Shown: in pieces, positions 23,621-37,539 of the stretch | How positions within the stretch are numbered: position 1 is the stretch's first letter | Layout: each line of letters starts with the position of its first letter | Translations under genes and position numbers: made by a program | Notes under the pieces: model-generated | Seen by the model: only the letters and a program-made list of their open reading frames with translations | Told to the model about the DNA's origin: nothing | Databases searched by the model: none | Assembly (NCBI RefSeq): GCF_030028105.1 | Contig: NC_092388.1 | Location: 40,802,581 to 40,866,580, forward strand | Direction: 5' to 3' | DNA length: 64,000 nt | Origin: Mobula birostris | Lineage: Eukaryota

Positions 23621-26600
23621 TCTACTCTTCATCCTTCAAGGACACTCTGGTAGCCTGTTCAATTAATACTGGGATTTGATTCTGCCGGCGATCTATTAGC
23701 TTCACATCTATCGATTTCTAATAGTATACATAATGAACTTAAGTAATTACAACATCCCATAATAGGCAGTGAAATAGTTTCCAACTCCTCACTGTACCGC
23801 AACGTAAATAGTAATATTGTTGGTTCAATAGCTGAAGGAATAGAAGTGCAAACCCTACCGCTAATTTGTGGATTTAAATTGTTAAGTAGCTACTATTAAA
23901 GCTGTAAGGTTTTTTTATAACATTAAACAAATACCGTTTAATGAATACATATAAAATGCTGTTTTCTAGTCTTGCACTAGTGAAAGATCTTTCCGAATTC
24001 CTGTTTTCAAAAGCCTACCACCCCGTCAGTGCAGACAGCTTCTCCAGTGTTCAGTCAAACTGAGTAGAAAAATTTGAAAATACACTTTAATGTCAAAATT
24101 GATGGATGTTGACCTTTTGTAATTGAAACAAATACTGTACCAACCTTCATTCCTTTACTCTTCTTCATAGCACATTTCTTCATGGAAACATCTTTGTCGT
24201 TATGCACCCAGGCTAAGGCAGATTAATAGGAATGACCACACCCTTCAACTAAACTGAACTCTGAATTCAATATGGACATCTTTCTTATGAACCTGCATAT
24301 CGTTTTACATAACATAACCAAATAGGTGGAATTAATGCCAGTTCTCCCCATCCTCCTATACACAGATCTGTCTCAATGATTGTGGAGGCAAAGCCATTGG
24401 CTACATTTAAAGTATAGGTTGAAAGGATCTTGATTGAAAGAACATCCAAGGTTACAAGGCAGGAGCTTGGGGTTGAGAAGGATAATAAATCAGCCATGAT
24501 GAAATGGCAGAGCAAACTTAATGGCATAATTCTGCTCCTACATCTTATGGAACTCAGCCAAAACCCTTCAAGCAGGACTGGAACAGAAGGGAGCAGAAGC
24601 CAAACTAAGAAATTAGGTGCTGCCTTCCTTTTCAGTACTGATTCCTCCCCCCCCCCCACAACCCCATAAATGCTGCCTGCACGATGAGTTTCTCCAACTC
24701 AAGATTTCTGCAAAATTTCTTGTCATTACCCAATGTAGCCTATTTGACATTTCTGTCCTATGTCCCGCAGAAACCTAATTCTCTTATAATTTAATCAGTG
24801 AAACATTGAATTGACAACAAAAATTGCTTTTGGTTCAGGATAAACCAAACTAAATGCAGATGGTTCAGGATACCTCATATAATCACTATAATCCTTTTCC
24901 ATCAACTTAGAAAGATGGGGATAAAAAGCACAAGTCACAATTTACAAGTAGTGTAAAATTGCACAATAAACATTAAAGTCAATCTTACTCTAGAAAGCAA
25001 ATCCAGTATATATGTTAATAGTAGGCCAAGTAATAGGACACTTGACACCGCATTAGGCCAGATAGTGTTTCAGAAATTATTTGAAAGACATTATATATAA
25101 ACATTTCTTTATATGTATTTAAAGCGTGAAGTTGCTTTAAATAAAGAAAACTGGTGAACAGGAGTTTCTTTCCGGCCCAACCTGGATCCATGAGCTGCAA
25201 GATTTGATCAACATAACATTTATGCTGAAGTACTATAACATTAAAATTTCAAATCTACAAAAATAATTTCTCACTTTTCATTCAAGTCTCTACCTGTTAG
25301 GCAAAACCAAAAACATATTTAATATGACAGATTTGGATTGTGAGAATACAGTACTTTAGATACCAGACTTAAGTAACTAAAGAACAACACAGAAGAATCA
25401 AGCTGCTTTACTAAGCTCACTTGCATGAAAACAACAGAAAATAATTAAGAATGTGTTAAATTGGAATAATCCTACAGCATGCTAGACATTAGCAAAGTGG
25501 GGATTAATATGGTCAAATGTTTAAATTTATCAGTCTGTGACAATACTGGTACAAGTTTATATTATCAGAACTACAAATATACAAGATAATCAGACTTCTC
25601 AGGTAGCCCTGTCTAGTTAGCCTTGAGAAGTTATAAATTAAGGTTCTCAGATTTTTTTTTAGAATGTAGAAGTTGAATTTGCTTCTTATAGGAAACTGTA
25701 ATTGAAGGAAACATACAAAGACAAAATAAAGGATAGAAGAACTGTAGAGTAGGCTATAAGACAAATGGCCTTAAAATAGTCACTAAATGGAATATTTTAA
25801 TGAGGAGAAAAAATAAACAAAACAGTGAGTGGAGAAAAAAAATTCTACTTCCAACCTATTTAATATTATGGAGAAATCAGGTGGTTTCAATTAATCACTT
25901 CTCCATTTATTATTTAGCAGGATATAACAAATTCTTAATGTATCTACTATCATTTCACATTTAATTCAAAGTTTTCTGGTTTGGTGAACTGAAGCATTCA
26001 GTATGTTTACGGTACTACACACCCAATCTTGTCAGAGCACATAAAACAGCTTCCAAATTTACTAACATCTTGTTGGATACAAGAACCTCTTTTTATTCAA
26101 AGGATTCAACTGTTAGAATTTGAAAACCATTGAAAATTGATGCAATGGCAGATTGATACTATATTTCTGTTTCAACTGGAAATTTTGAATGATCTTTCAG
26201 TCACATGAAAATACAAATCATTAACCACAGATACTCAGGTCCTGAACTTAAGCTGCAGAGAACAACAGAGAGAAATCTCACAGAAGTAGATGGAGCATTT
26301 AAACTGCAAAATTAGTGACGAAGCTCTGGGAGGGGAATCACCAGCCCACTCACTCAAGCCATGATAGACAATTTTTGTGACCAGAAAGAGAGAATAGGAT
26401 CAGGCTTAAGTAGTAAAGCTTCTTTTTATATTTCATAGATACAAAGTTGAAGGGCATCATGGATTAAATACATATTTAAAAATATAATTGTAGCTTAAAA
26501 CATTTTTTTTTCCCCAATTGAACAGGTCAACAAATTCCAGCTGTGCATCGAACTGCTAAAACTGCAATATGGGAGATCAGTCAGAATATCCAGTTTCACA

Positions 26601-27303
26601 CAAATTCTTTCATTAAAGAAAAAGATGGTTATGCTGCTCAAGAAGTACAAGCAAATAATTTTTATGATACAAAATGTTTTGCTTTTGAAAATTAAACCCT
26701 AGTCTAGCAATTTATTTCACCAGCAAAATTCAAAGATTTAGGAAATAATGTTGCTGTTAATTTCAAGAGTTGTCAATGCCCATTTGTGGTTCTTAAATTA
26801 CTATTCTTAATCCACTATTGGTTCCCACCATTAAACATCATGAACTTCCCATTCATCTTGGTACTTGTAGACAGTGACTCTGCCAATGGATTTCTACACT
26901 GCGTGACATCTGGTATTATATAACTTGTATAAACTTATTGTATAATTAAACATTATGTTAGGGTGGACAGCGCCCTTGTTGCATGACTTAGCATTAAAGT
27001 CTATTTCTGTTTGGTAGTTTTGAATATGCAAGTTTACCATTTAGTTCATTTAAAAGATAAACAAGTCTTCAGAAAATTAATTAGAATATTTGTCAAAATA
27101 TACAAGTAAAACTAATGTCTCTCTAACTTAACTTTTAAAAAGCAATTAAATACATTTTTTGAAAATATACTGCATTTATCACCCCATATTAAAACTGCAG
27201 TAAGGACACACATAATAAATGTTTTACACAAAATTGAATAATGCATCAGCACATTTCTCCTGTTCGATCAGTACGGAGGTAGGTGGTCTATTTTCCTTAG
27301 TCC

Positions 27304-27350
27304 TTAATCATCACTGTCACTCCCAGATTCACTCAATTGCAAGTCATTTC
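27304..27350 (-). CDS. EAF1: ELL-associated factor 1, exon 6 (last coding)
   Basis: ttttcag acceptor; (R)NDLQLSESGSDSDD*. Confidence 0.95.
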
Positions 27351-27684
27351 CTGAAAATAAAGATTTGTGTTATTAACAAGTGGTTGTCATTTTGCAACTA
27401 TTAACATCTATTTTCACTTTGTGGTTGTTCCTGTTGGGACAATATTAACTCCTGTGTGGGCCAAGTACCCAAGAAGTGAGAGTCCAATTCCACTTGTATT
27501 GAAAGATAAGCCAACTATTTGCAGTTTATTCGATTTTGGTGTACAAAGACCAGACAGCCCTGAAAACCATTGATAAATTACAGGTAAGAGAAAGTGCTAG
27601 AGTGAGGAAGGAGGAATTTGAGGTGGCAAAAACACTTATTTCCTCTATGAGATTTAAAAATAAGTATTACAAGGAGGAGGAGCT

Positions 27685-28555
27685 ACCCTGGTCAACTCGT
27701 CCCTCCCCACTGATCTCCCTCCTGGCACTTATCCCTGCAAGCGTGACAAGTGCCACACCTTCCCCTAGATCTGCTTCCTCACCATCACTCAGAGTCCCAA
27801 ATAGTCCTTAGAGGTGAGGCAAGACTTCAGCTGCAAATCTCTTAGGATCATCTTTTGTATCCAGCGCCCCCGATGCGGCCTCTTCCACGTTGGTGAGACC
27901 CGACATAGATTGGGGATTGTTCTGTCAAGCACCTTTTGCTCTATCTGCTGGATTTCCCAGTGGTTTCCTATTTCAATTAAACTTCTCCTTCCCATTCCGA
28001 CATGTCATTCCATGGCCTCCTCTACTGCCACGATAAGGCCACACTCAGGTTGGAAGAGCAACAATTCATTTTCCGTCTGGGTAGTCTCCAACCTGATGGC
28101 ATGAAAATAGAGTTCTCTAAGTTCCAGCAATTTCTCTCCTCTCCCCCTTCTTTTTTTTTAATTCCCCGTTCTGGTTCCCCTCTCACCAATTCTCTCCCCC
28201 TCACCTCCAACTGGTGTCTGTCCTCCCTCCCTTTCTTCCATGGTGCTCTCCTATCAGATTCCTACTTCTTCAGCCCTTTACCTCTTCCATGAATCACCTC
28301 CCAGCTTTTTACTTAATCCCCCCTCCCCCACTTCCCCCTCACCTAATTTCACCTATCAACTGCTAGCTTGTACTCCACCCCTCCCACCCCAACACTGATA
28401 TTTTGGCTTCTGTCCCCTTACTCTCCAGTCCCGATGAAGGGTCTCAGCCCAAAACACTGTTTATTCTCATCCAGAGGTGCTGCCCGACGTGGAGTTCCTC
28501 CAGCATTTTGTGTATGCTACTCAGAATTTCCGGCATCTGCAGAATCTCTTGAGTT
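27685..28555 (+). mobile_element. Older Penelope-like element 3' fragment with a degenerate hammerhead (~28427-28460)
   Basis: IFCIQRPRCGLFHVGETRHRLG and RLEEQQFIFRLGSLQPDG; homologous to 20160-21028. Confidence 0.85.
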
Positions 28556-28819
28556 TACCTGTTATCCTCATTCACTTCATGTAAAAGGCATCAAAAAATT
28601 AGCTGGAAAATTTTAATGATAATGGTGATTAAAAAAAAACATTTTTTAAAAATCAAGGTCAGCTGAACCCTTGTAGTTTAAATATATTTTGTTAAATCGT
28701 ACAAATTGTTCATGAGACTGCACCTGGCAATTTAGTCCTTTCATTTAAGTAAGGTTATACTATTAATTGAGGCCAATACCCGAGTTTACAGAGCTGCCCT
28801 TTCAAAACATTAGATCAAT

Positions 28820-29160
28820 AATTTCTTTTTGGAGTTTAGTAGAATGACAGGTGACCTTATCCAAATACAAGACCCTAAAAGGGCATGACATTTCCAATAG
28901 TGGGAGAAGGGACAGTTTCAAGACAGGAGAAACATTTATAACTGAGGTGCTTGGGAATTTCTTCTCAAGAGTAATGAATCTCTGAAATTCTCTATACAAA
29001 AGAGTTGTGGAGGCTATATTATTGCAGGTAACTTAAGGGGTTTTTAAAAAAAGTGGGGAGATGAAGTCTACATGGGGTCACCACAGGTATGTCCATTATG
29101 ACTGAAGATAGATCAGGTATGATCATAATTGAATGGCGGAGCAGCCTAGAGGGACAAAGT
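28820..29160 (+). mobile_element. Old CR1 3' fragment
   Basis: aatttcttctcaagagtaatgaatctctgaaattctcta and a CR1-like 3' UTR. Confidence 0.6.
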
Positions 29161-29304
29161 GGTTGGATAGTCTTCAAAAACTTTGGCTTGATATTGACTA
29201 ATTTAGCACTTTGGACTTAAAGCAAACATATTAGAAAAGAAAATTGTAAAGTAAAACAGGTAGCTGTGATTAATAACAAATGTAGTTGAGTACTGCATAC
29301 TTAC

Positions 29305-29568
29305 TCAGTGTGGTCATAAGCTGATTGCTTCCTGGTCTGCTGGTACCATTTGTAGAAGCAATTCTGTTACCATAATTCTGTGGCTGCTGCTGCTGATGAG
29401 ATTGGGAATGGGATTGTTGATGTGTTTGTAGCTGTGGCAGTGTAGATGGGCGAGCTTCATTTTCCACATCACTACTAGAGCTGTCATCACTGCCAGATGA
29501 GCTTCCAGATTCTGAGGAACTACTGCTGCTACTCATCTGTTCGATTATATCAACTTCAGCTCTTAGTT
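29305..29568 (-). CDS. EAF1: EAF1 exon 5 (Ser/Asp/Glu-rich activation domain)
   Basis: (E)LRAEVDIIEQMSSSSSSSESGSSSGSDD..NGTSRPGSNQLMTTL; AG acceptor and GTAAGT donor; 264 nt. Confidence 0.95.
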
Positions 29569-30028
29569 CTGGATGGATTAAAAAAACAGGTGCTTTGTTA
29601 AGTCACATCAAAAGGGAAAAAAAGAAAATAAACAAAAAATTTTTTACACTATGATGTGAATACAGAATTTGGGATTTTGCGGTGGAAGGCAAGACTGCGA
29701 AATCTACACCCCTTATAACAGAGCAATTTGGGAAACCTAATGGCACCAGAACTAAAGAATTGCAGGGTTCAAGCTATGGGGAAACGTCACACTATGGAGA
29801 CATTTGAAAGTAAATACTTTAAATTGAGGAGTAGGTTAACTTGGGAGTAAGTGTAGTGCATACAGCAAACATAGCATTGATGGAGGAAGAAGTGAGTTAG
29901 AACACAAAGCTGCTGAGATTTGGATGGCAAGTTGTAGAGAGTAAAATAAGACTGGATGTCCAACAATGATCAGCACATGATCTGAAACATAAATACAGCA
30001 GTGATCTTAGTGGTGGAACAAATATATA

Positions 30029-31600
30029 CAGGTTTCCCCCGCCATCCGAAGGTAGAGCGTTCCTATGAAACGGTTCATAAGCCGGAATGTCGTAAAGCGA
30101 AGAAGCAATTACCATTTATTTGTATGGGAAAATTTTGTGAGCATTCACAGACCTAAAAATAACCTAACAACTCATGCCAAATAACACATAAAAACTAAAA
30201 TAACAGTAACATATAGTAAAAGCAGGAATGATATGATAAATACACAGCCTATATAAAGTAGAAATACTTCTCTCCAACGATTGCCTGCACAGATCTCCGT
30301 AGCGAAAATCTCACGCAAGCGCTGTTGGCATAAACACGTTCTCCAGTAACCTTTAAACTATGAAGCTGCCAAATCTACCAAATAACAAGTAAAAATACAC
30401 AGCCTATATAAAGTAGAAATAATGTATGTACAGTGTAGTATCACTTACCAGAATTGGGAAAACAGCGCCGAGCACACTGATGATGGTGTGTGAGACTGAG
30501 TCGTCGCAGGCTGGGTGCTGCAGTGGCCCCCACAATCCGGGCCGCTGACCCGATATATTGCCGCGAAGAACGCAGCAGTAGCCGGGAGGCACACAGCACA
30601 TCTTTAAGAAAAAAGCCGAAATAAACATGCTAATTAATAAAGCACTGCCCGGCACGTAAATGTTGGCGCAGATCAGAGGCGATTACCGATTGCATTGTCT
30701 TTGATCTGGGCCAACAATTACGTGCCAGGCGGCACCTAATTAATTAGCATGTTTATTTTGGCTTTTTTCTTAAAGATGTGCTGTGTGCCTCCCGGCTACT
30801 GTTGCATTCTCCACGAATCAGTACAGTATCTGTCTGGGGCCCGGGTGTTGGGGTGGTGGGACACGGGGGTGTCATCTCATCGTTGATCAGGGCAGGCAGC
30901 TCATCTTCTCCTAAGACTGCCCGCCTTGGTGTCAAAGGTTGAGGTTTGTCGTCTGCTGTGGCTGATGTGGAAGGCTTGCTTGACTGCTGAGCCTCATGCA
31001 TTTTTCTATCACACAGTTCTTTGTAAGCACTCAAACCATCCTGCAAATATCCCCTAAATCTACGTACCCTTTCAAAATTAAAGTCATACTTCATCATTGC
31101 AATGAAAATCTCACGCAGTTGCTTCACTTTCTGCATTTGGTTTCGATTGTTATCCTTTCCTCTTCCAATTGCATCAGCTCTTCATCTATCAGAACTTGGT
31201 CATGGGATGCCAAAACCTCTTCAATATCATCTTCGTCAGCTTCCACAAGGAAAACTCAATTTGTCCTTGCTTCGTTCAACACGATCAAAATGCTTAATTA
31301 TGGCTAGTTTTACGCTAAGTGTAACACCCTTATGAGCTCTTTCAGGCTTTTCCAACACCTTAGAACTCATCTTGCTAACGGCTGCTCAATGCAACGTGCT
31401 TAAGCAATGCCGTTCCGAATCCGGGGGAGAGCGGCTGCTCCGGGCGTGCGCTGCCTTTTATCGCGCGATTTTTTTATTGCACGTTGCCTTTCTTCGTAAC
31501 AGTGAAAACACCTTCCAAAAGTGAAAACAGGGTACTAATGCAGGTCTTTCGTAACAGTGAGGTTTCATAAAGCAAACGTTCGAAAAGCGGGGGATACCTG
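30029..31600 (-). mobile_element. Tigger-like (TcMar) internally deleted DNA transposon, copy 1
   Basis: TIRs CAGGTTTCCCCCGC / GCGGGGGATACCTG flanked by TA; CENP-B-type HTH start joined to an acidic transposase C-terminus; homologous to 55154-56531. Confidence 0.85.
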
Positions 31601-32159
31601 TATTCCGAAACTTAAAAGTTGACTCAAATATAACAACTGAATGCCAATTGTCCAGTTCCATCATTGGTCAGCTACCAAAGAAATGTTTGAGACTTGTGAC
31701 TAGGAATTGCAATTTTTGACAGGGATCAAAGTAAATAGTTTTGGCCTTCCCTATATTTAACGAAATTTTCTACTTGTCAAATCTCAGATGCTGGATAGTC
31801 TGACACTTCAGAGGCATAAAGAAAAAGTAAGTGCATTCAGAATAATAACATAATGAAGATTATTCAAAAATAACATTAGTCAGATTTTTATAGGACTGTG
31901 GTACTAAGTAATATGGAACCAAGGTGGGTAAATGAGATGCAGATCAATCATGACCTAATTGAATGGTTAGTCAGGTTTCAGCGACAGGAAAAAAAGCTAT
32001 TCCTTTTCCTGTGTTAGGAAATTGCATTATGAGATCATTTGCAAACAGGATTAAAAAGCTAGCTGAAGAACAGAAATACCACTAAATACTTTATTAATAA
32101 CACTTTTTCTGTGGTAAATTGCAATAAACTGTCACCACAAACAATGAAGACTGTTCACT

Positions 32160-32610
32160 CACAATCCCCATGCAATCTGCCAGAGGTTGAGCAGTTTTGT
32201 AAATAGGGAAAAATAGCAGTGTTCAGATATGCAAAGCTGATAGAGACCTATCCACACAGACTCAAGGCTGTAATTGCTGTCAAAGGTACATCTACTACTA
32301 AATACTGATTTGAAGAGTGTGAATACTTGTGCAATCAATTATTTTGTTTTATATTTGTAATCGTCATTATGAAATCATCGTTGAAAATAATGCTTTTTGT
32401 TATGTTTGTACTGACTGAAACAAATTTAATTCATTCATAATTGATTTAAATTACTTTGTAGATATCTGTTTTCACTTTGACACAAAAGAGTCATTTTCTG
32501 TTGATCAGTGTCAAAAAAGCCAAATTAAATCCACTGTGATTCAATGTTGTAAACAATAAAACATGAAAAATTCTAAAGGGGAGGGGTTGACTAGTTTTTA
32601 TAGGCAATAT
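32160..32610 (+). mobile_element. Tc1 transposon 3' remnant
   Basis: AKLIETYPHRLKAVIAVKGTST (Tc1 transposase C-terminus) followed by a TIR-like end. Confidence 0.8.
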
Positions 32611-32681
32611 ATATATATGTAAAGTGATGAACGGTGTTTTGCATCAATTGTTCCTTTCCACACAGACTTTTATTTGCTTAC

Positions 32682-32848
32682 CTCTTTTTATGTCATCAAG
32701 TTGTGGTTCAGGTGATGGATTGTCCTTTGAGGGAGATGTTTTTGGTCCAGTACATGGCTTATTTGGGGCTCTAAACTGCGATGAAGGCTGAGATCTTCTC
32801 ACTGCCTGTGATTCCAATTGAGCCTGGATTTTACTGCTCCCTTCAGCT
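32682..32848 (-). CDS. EAF1: EAF1 exon 4
   Basis: AEGSSKIQAQLE..GPKTSPSKDNPSPEPQLDDIKR; tttttacag acceptor and GTAAGC donor; 167 nt. Confidence 0.95.
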
Positions 32849-33769
32849 CTGTAAAAAAAAAATTAAAAATCAATCATATCACAACAGTAAAAAATACCTT
32901 TAGAATACTATCTCAAAAATATTAGAAGACAGGTCAGTCTAAGTTCTTGTATAAGATTTTAGCAGAAATTAGTAGAAGCACCTGTTTGTGTTTTTTTATT
33001 CCATCCAGAACTGAGAGCTTATACGAGATAAAATTCTCCTACTCCCTATTTACATTTACTCTTTTTCTTACATCATCTCTTGAAGACATTGACTCTGCTG
33101 AAAGCCAGAGGAAGGAAGAGGAGTTTAAGAGTTCTATGGGTGTCTCTATTCCCTAACTGCCTCTCATTTTGTCAAAATTTATGCACCCTGCATCAAAAGT
33201 CTACTTAGCTCTGGGGCTGGGGAATGTGGGGATAAATAAGACTGATAATAGCTTCAGCCAGCACTCACGTATTGCAGAAGTCTTAGGAACTGTGTAATCA
33301 CAATTCAAGTGACCAGTCAGATAATAATAAAAAATACAATGTGGAAAACTTACTGCAATGCCAGAGTTAAAATTCAGTTCAACTGTTTTGACTTCAAAAA
33401 ATCTTAAATGTTACATTAGCAAAAAAACTAACAACAATATAGTTTACAAAATTTCCTGAGTTTTCCCACACTAACCTGGCCTTAAAAAAAAATCAGTTTT
33501 CCTTTTAGTAGATGAGTACAGATCTTAGTTAGATTGAACTGGCTGGTAAATATTAACAGTTTTTCATTATCGTCTGATATCAGGTATGTAACCTGCTAGA
33601 CAGCCAACATTTTCTTTACAAATACAGACTTATAGAAAACAAGTATTTTAATGAATTATTAGTTATATTTTGGGATGTAGCCATTCAGTACAGTGTGCTT
33701 CCAAGCTTCAAAAATGCAGAGAACAGAAGAACCTAAGAACATAGGAAATCGAAGCTGGATTAGGCCATT

Positions 33770-35190
33770 CAGAATAACAATCAGGTTTAGTATGTCGGGA
33801 AATTTGTTGTTGTGGTGAATTGAATTGACTTTATTACTTACATCCTTCATATACATGAGTAAAAATCTTTACATTACAACTCCATCTAAATGTGCAATGT
33901 GCAATTTATAACAAATAGTACGTACAACAGGACAGTCAATATAACATAGAAATACAATTGTATCAGCACGAATTAATCAGTCTGATGGCCTGGTGGAAGA
34001 AGCTATCCCAGGGCCTGTTGGTCCAATCCTGGCTTTTATGCTGCGGTACCATTTCCCGGATGGTAGCAGCTGGAATAGTTTGTGGTTGGGGTGACTCAGA
34101 TTCCCAATGATCCTTCGGGCCCTTTTTACACACCTGTCTTTGCGAATGTCCTGAATAGTGGGAAGTTCACATCTATAGATGTGCTGGGCTGTCCACATCA
34201 CTCTCTGCAGAGTCCTGCAATTGAGGGAAGTACAGTTCCCATACCAGGCAGTGATGCAGCCTGTCAGGATGCTCTCAATTGTGTCCCTGTAGAAAGGACT
34301 TGAGGGACCATACCAAACTTCTTCAACCCTCTGAGATAAAAGTGGCACTGTTGTGCCTTTTTCATCACACAGCTGGTATGTGCAGACAACACGAGATCCT
34401 TGGTGATGTGTATGCCAAGGAACTTAAAGCTGTTCACCCTCTCAACCCCAGATCCACTGATGTTAATAGAGGTTAGTCTGTCTTCATCCCTCCTGTAGTC
34501 CACAACCAACTCCTTTGTTTTTACGACACTGAGGGAGAGGTTGTTTTCTTGACAAGGTAATGACTTCTCTGTAGGCTGCCTCATTATTATTTAAGATTAG
34601 GTCAATCAGAGTAGTATCGTCAGCAAATTCAATTAGCAGATTGGAGCTGTGGGTGGCGACAGAGTCATGGGCATACAGAAAGTAAAGGAGGGGGCTAAGG
34701 ACACAGCCCTGAGGGGCACCTGCATTGAGGGACAGAGGAGCAGAAGTGAGGGAGCCCACCCTTACCACCTGCTGGCCATCTGACAGGAAGTCCAGGATCC
34801 AGTTACACAAGACAGAGTGAAGGCTGACGTCTCTGAGCTTCTTGCCAAGCCTGGCGGAAATAATGGTGTTGAATGCTGAACTGTAGTCCAAGAACAGCAT
34901 TCTCACATAAGCATCCTTCTTCTCCAGATGTGTAAGGACTGTGTGTAGAGCTGTGGCTATTGTGTCAAATGTCGATCGGTTGTGTCGGTAGGCGAATTGT
35001 AGGGGGTCCAGTGTGGTTGGTAACATGCTGCAGATGTAGTCCTTGACCAGCCTCGCAAAGCATTTGCTTATTATTGAAGTGTGTGCAACAGGACACCAGT
35101 CATTCAGACATGTTGCCTTGGTCTTTTTAGGTACTGGAACCATGGTGGAAGTTTTGAAGCAGGAAGGCACTCTACACTGGGAGAGGGAGA
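33770..35190 (-). mobile_element. Rex1/Babar LINE, 5'-truncated
   Basis: [51 protein letters not shown]. Confidence 0.9.
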
Positions 35191-35194
35191 GATA

Positions 35195-37100
35195 CACTGG
35201 GAGAGGTAGCAGTACATCGCAATACATAATAAAAAAACAGTAAATTACAGTATGTATTTATATATTTTTTTAAGTCAAATAACACGGAAAAAAAAAGTAC
35301 TGAGGCACTGTTCATGGGTTCAATGTCCATTTAGAAATCTGATGGCAGAGGGAAGAAGTCGTTCCTGAATCATTGAGTGTATGCCTTCAGGCTCCTGTAC
35401 ATCCTCCCTGATGGTAGCATTGAGAAGAGGTAGTGTCCTGGGTGATGAGGTCCTTAATGATGGGTGCCACCTTTTTGAGGCATTGCTCCTTGAGAATATC
35501 ATGGATGCTGGGGAAGCTAGCGTCCATGATGGAGCTAACTGAGTTTACAATCTTCTGCAGCTTACTTCAATCCTGTGCAGTACACCCCTCCCCACCCCAC
35601 CCCCATACCAGACAGTGGTGCAGCCACGTAGAATGCTCTTCACAGAACACAAGTAGAAATTTGCAAGTATCTTCAGTGACACAGCAAATCTCCTCAAACT
35701 CCTAATGAATATAGCAGCTGTCATGCTATCTTGTAACTGCATCAATATGCTGAGCCCAGGATAGATCCTTAGAGATGCTGACACCCAGGAACTTGAAATT
35801 GCTCACTCTTTCCACTACTGATCTCTTAATAAAGACTGGTGTGTGTACCCTCATCTTACCCTTTCTGAAGACCCCAGTCAATTCTTTGGTCCTACTGACA
35901 CTGAGTGCAAGGTTGTTGGTGCAGCACCACTCAACCAGCTCAGTACACCTTCTCACCACCATCTAAAATTTTGCCAACAATAGTTGTGTCATCAACAAAT
36001 TTATAGATGGCATTTGAGCTGTGGGTGTATAGAGTAGAGCAGTGGGCTAAGCACACATCCAAGAGGTGCGAAAGAGTTGATTATCTGCAAGGTGGAAATG
36101 TTATTTCTGATCTGCACAGACTGTGGTCTTCCAGTGAGTTTGTCAAGGTTCCAGTTGCAGAGGAGGTACAGAGGCCCAGGTTTTGGAGCTTTTTGATCAG
36201 AACTGTAGGAACGATTGTGTTAAACACTGAGTTGTAGACAATGAACAGCACCCTGAAGTATTCGTATTACCCAGGTGATTCAAGGTCACGTGAAGAGCCA
36301 ATGAGATCACGTTTTCTGTACATGTATTGTGGCATTAGGCAAATTGCAGTGGTTACAGGTCTCTGCTTATGTAGCAGTTGATTCTAACTACAACCAATCT
36401 CTCAAACCACTTCATCATGGTAGATGTAATTGGTACTGGATAATAGTCATTAAACCAGATCACCCTACTCTTCTTGGGTTCAGGTATGATTGTTGTTCTT
36501 TTGAAGCAGATGAGAACTTCCGACTATAACAGAGATTGAAAATGCCTTTGAACACACCTGCCAGTTGGTTGGCACAGATTTTCAGAGCCCTACCAGGTAC
36601 ACCACTAGGGCCTGTCGACTTGCAAAAGTTCACTCTCTTGAAAGACATTCTGACGTCAACCTCCAAGACAGAGATCACAGGGTCACTGGATGTTGCTGGG
36701 ATCTTCATACACAGAGTCTTATTCTCCCTTTCAAAGTGGGCATAGAAGGCATTGAGTTCATCTGGGAGTGAAGCATCACTGTCATGCATGAAGTTAAGTT
36801 TCGCTTTGTAGGAAGTAATGGCCTGAAAACCCTGCCAGAGTTGACACATGTTCAATTCCACCTCTGACCTCAATCAGAATTATTCTTTGGCTCTTGCAGG
36901 TAGCTCTCCATAACTTGCACCTGGCCTTCTTGTATAGTCCTGAATCACCAGATTTAAATGCCACAGATCTAGCCCTCAGCAGACTGCGAATCTCCTGGTT
37001 CATCCATGGCTTTTGATTTGGGTATGTTCGGTATGTTCTTGTAGGCACATGCTCATCCACACAGGTCTTAATGAAGTCAGTGACAACTGTTGCATATTCA
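35195..37100 (-). mobile_element. Second Rex1/Babar LINE, degraded
   Basis: YPNQKPWMNQEIR, LPDELNAFYAHFE, WCCTNNLALSVSRTKEL, FKFLGV. Confidence 0.88.
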
Positions 37101-37402
37101 GCTACTCATGGGTCCACCGTTCATTATGATTTCAGATTTTTACTCCAGCACATACACATTTCTGTAATAATCCAATATCCTTGAATTCCTGGGTATCCAA
37201 ATAAACATATTTATCCACGTCTTAAATATATTTCACGATTTCACAAGCCCGTGATAATAAATCTAATTCTGAATGTAAATCCGAAAGGTACAGAAAACCA
37301 ACATTTATGCATAACTGTAGAGACGATGTGCAACAATTAATCAAACACAAAACTGAGTGTATAGTGACAGATTCAACTGAAGAAATAGCTTTGTGTTCTT
37401 AC

Positions 37403-37539
37403 CTAGTCTTCTTCACCTGTATACTGCTACTGAGCTTTTCAAGCACAAACTCTCCAGTGTCATGGTTAATGATAAGTACACAATCCTTCTGATACGGCCT
37501 TTTATTACCTTTGAACACAGTCATTGGTGGAGTGGAGCC
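37403..37539 (-). CDS. EAF1: EAF1 exon 3
   Basis: [45 protein letters not shown](R); CAG acceptor and GTAAGA donor; 137 nt. Confidence 0.96.

Noticed and set aside
24700-27303. EAF1 polyadenylation site
   Set aside because: Several AATAAA candidates on - (~25906, 26092, 26711); cannot choose without transcript data
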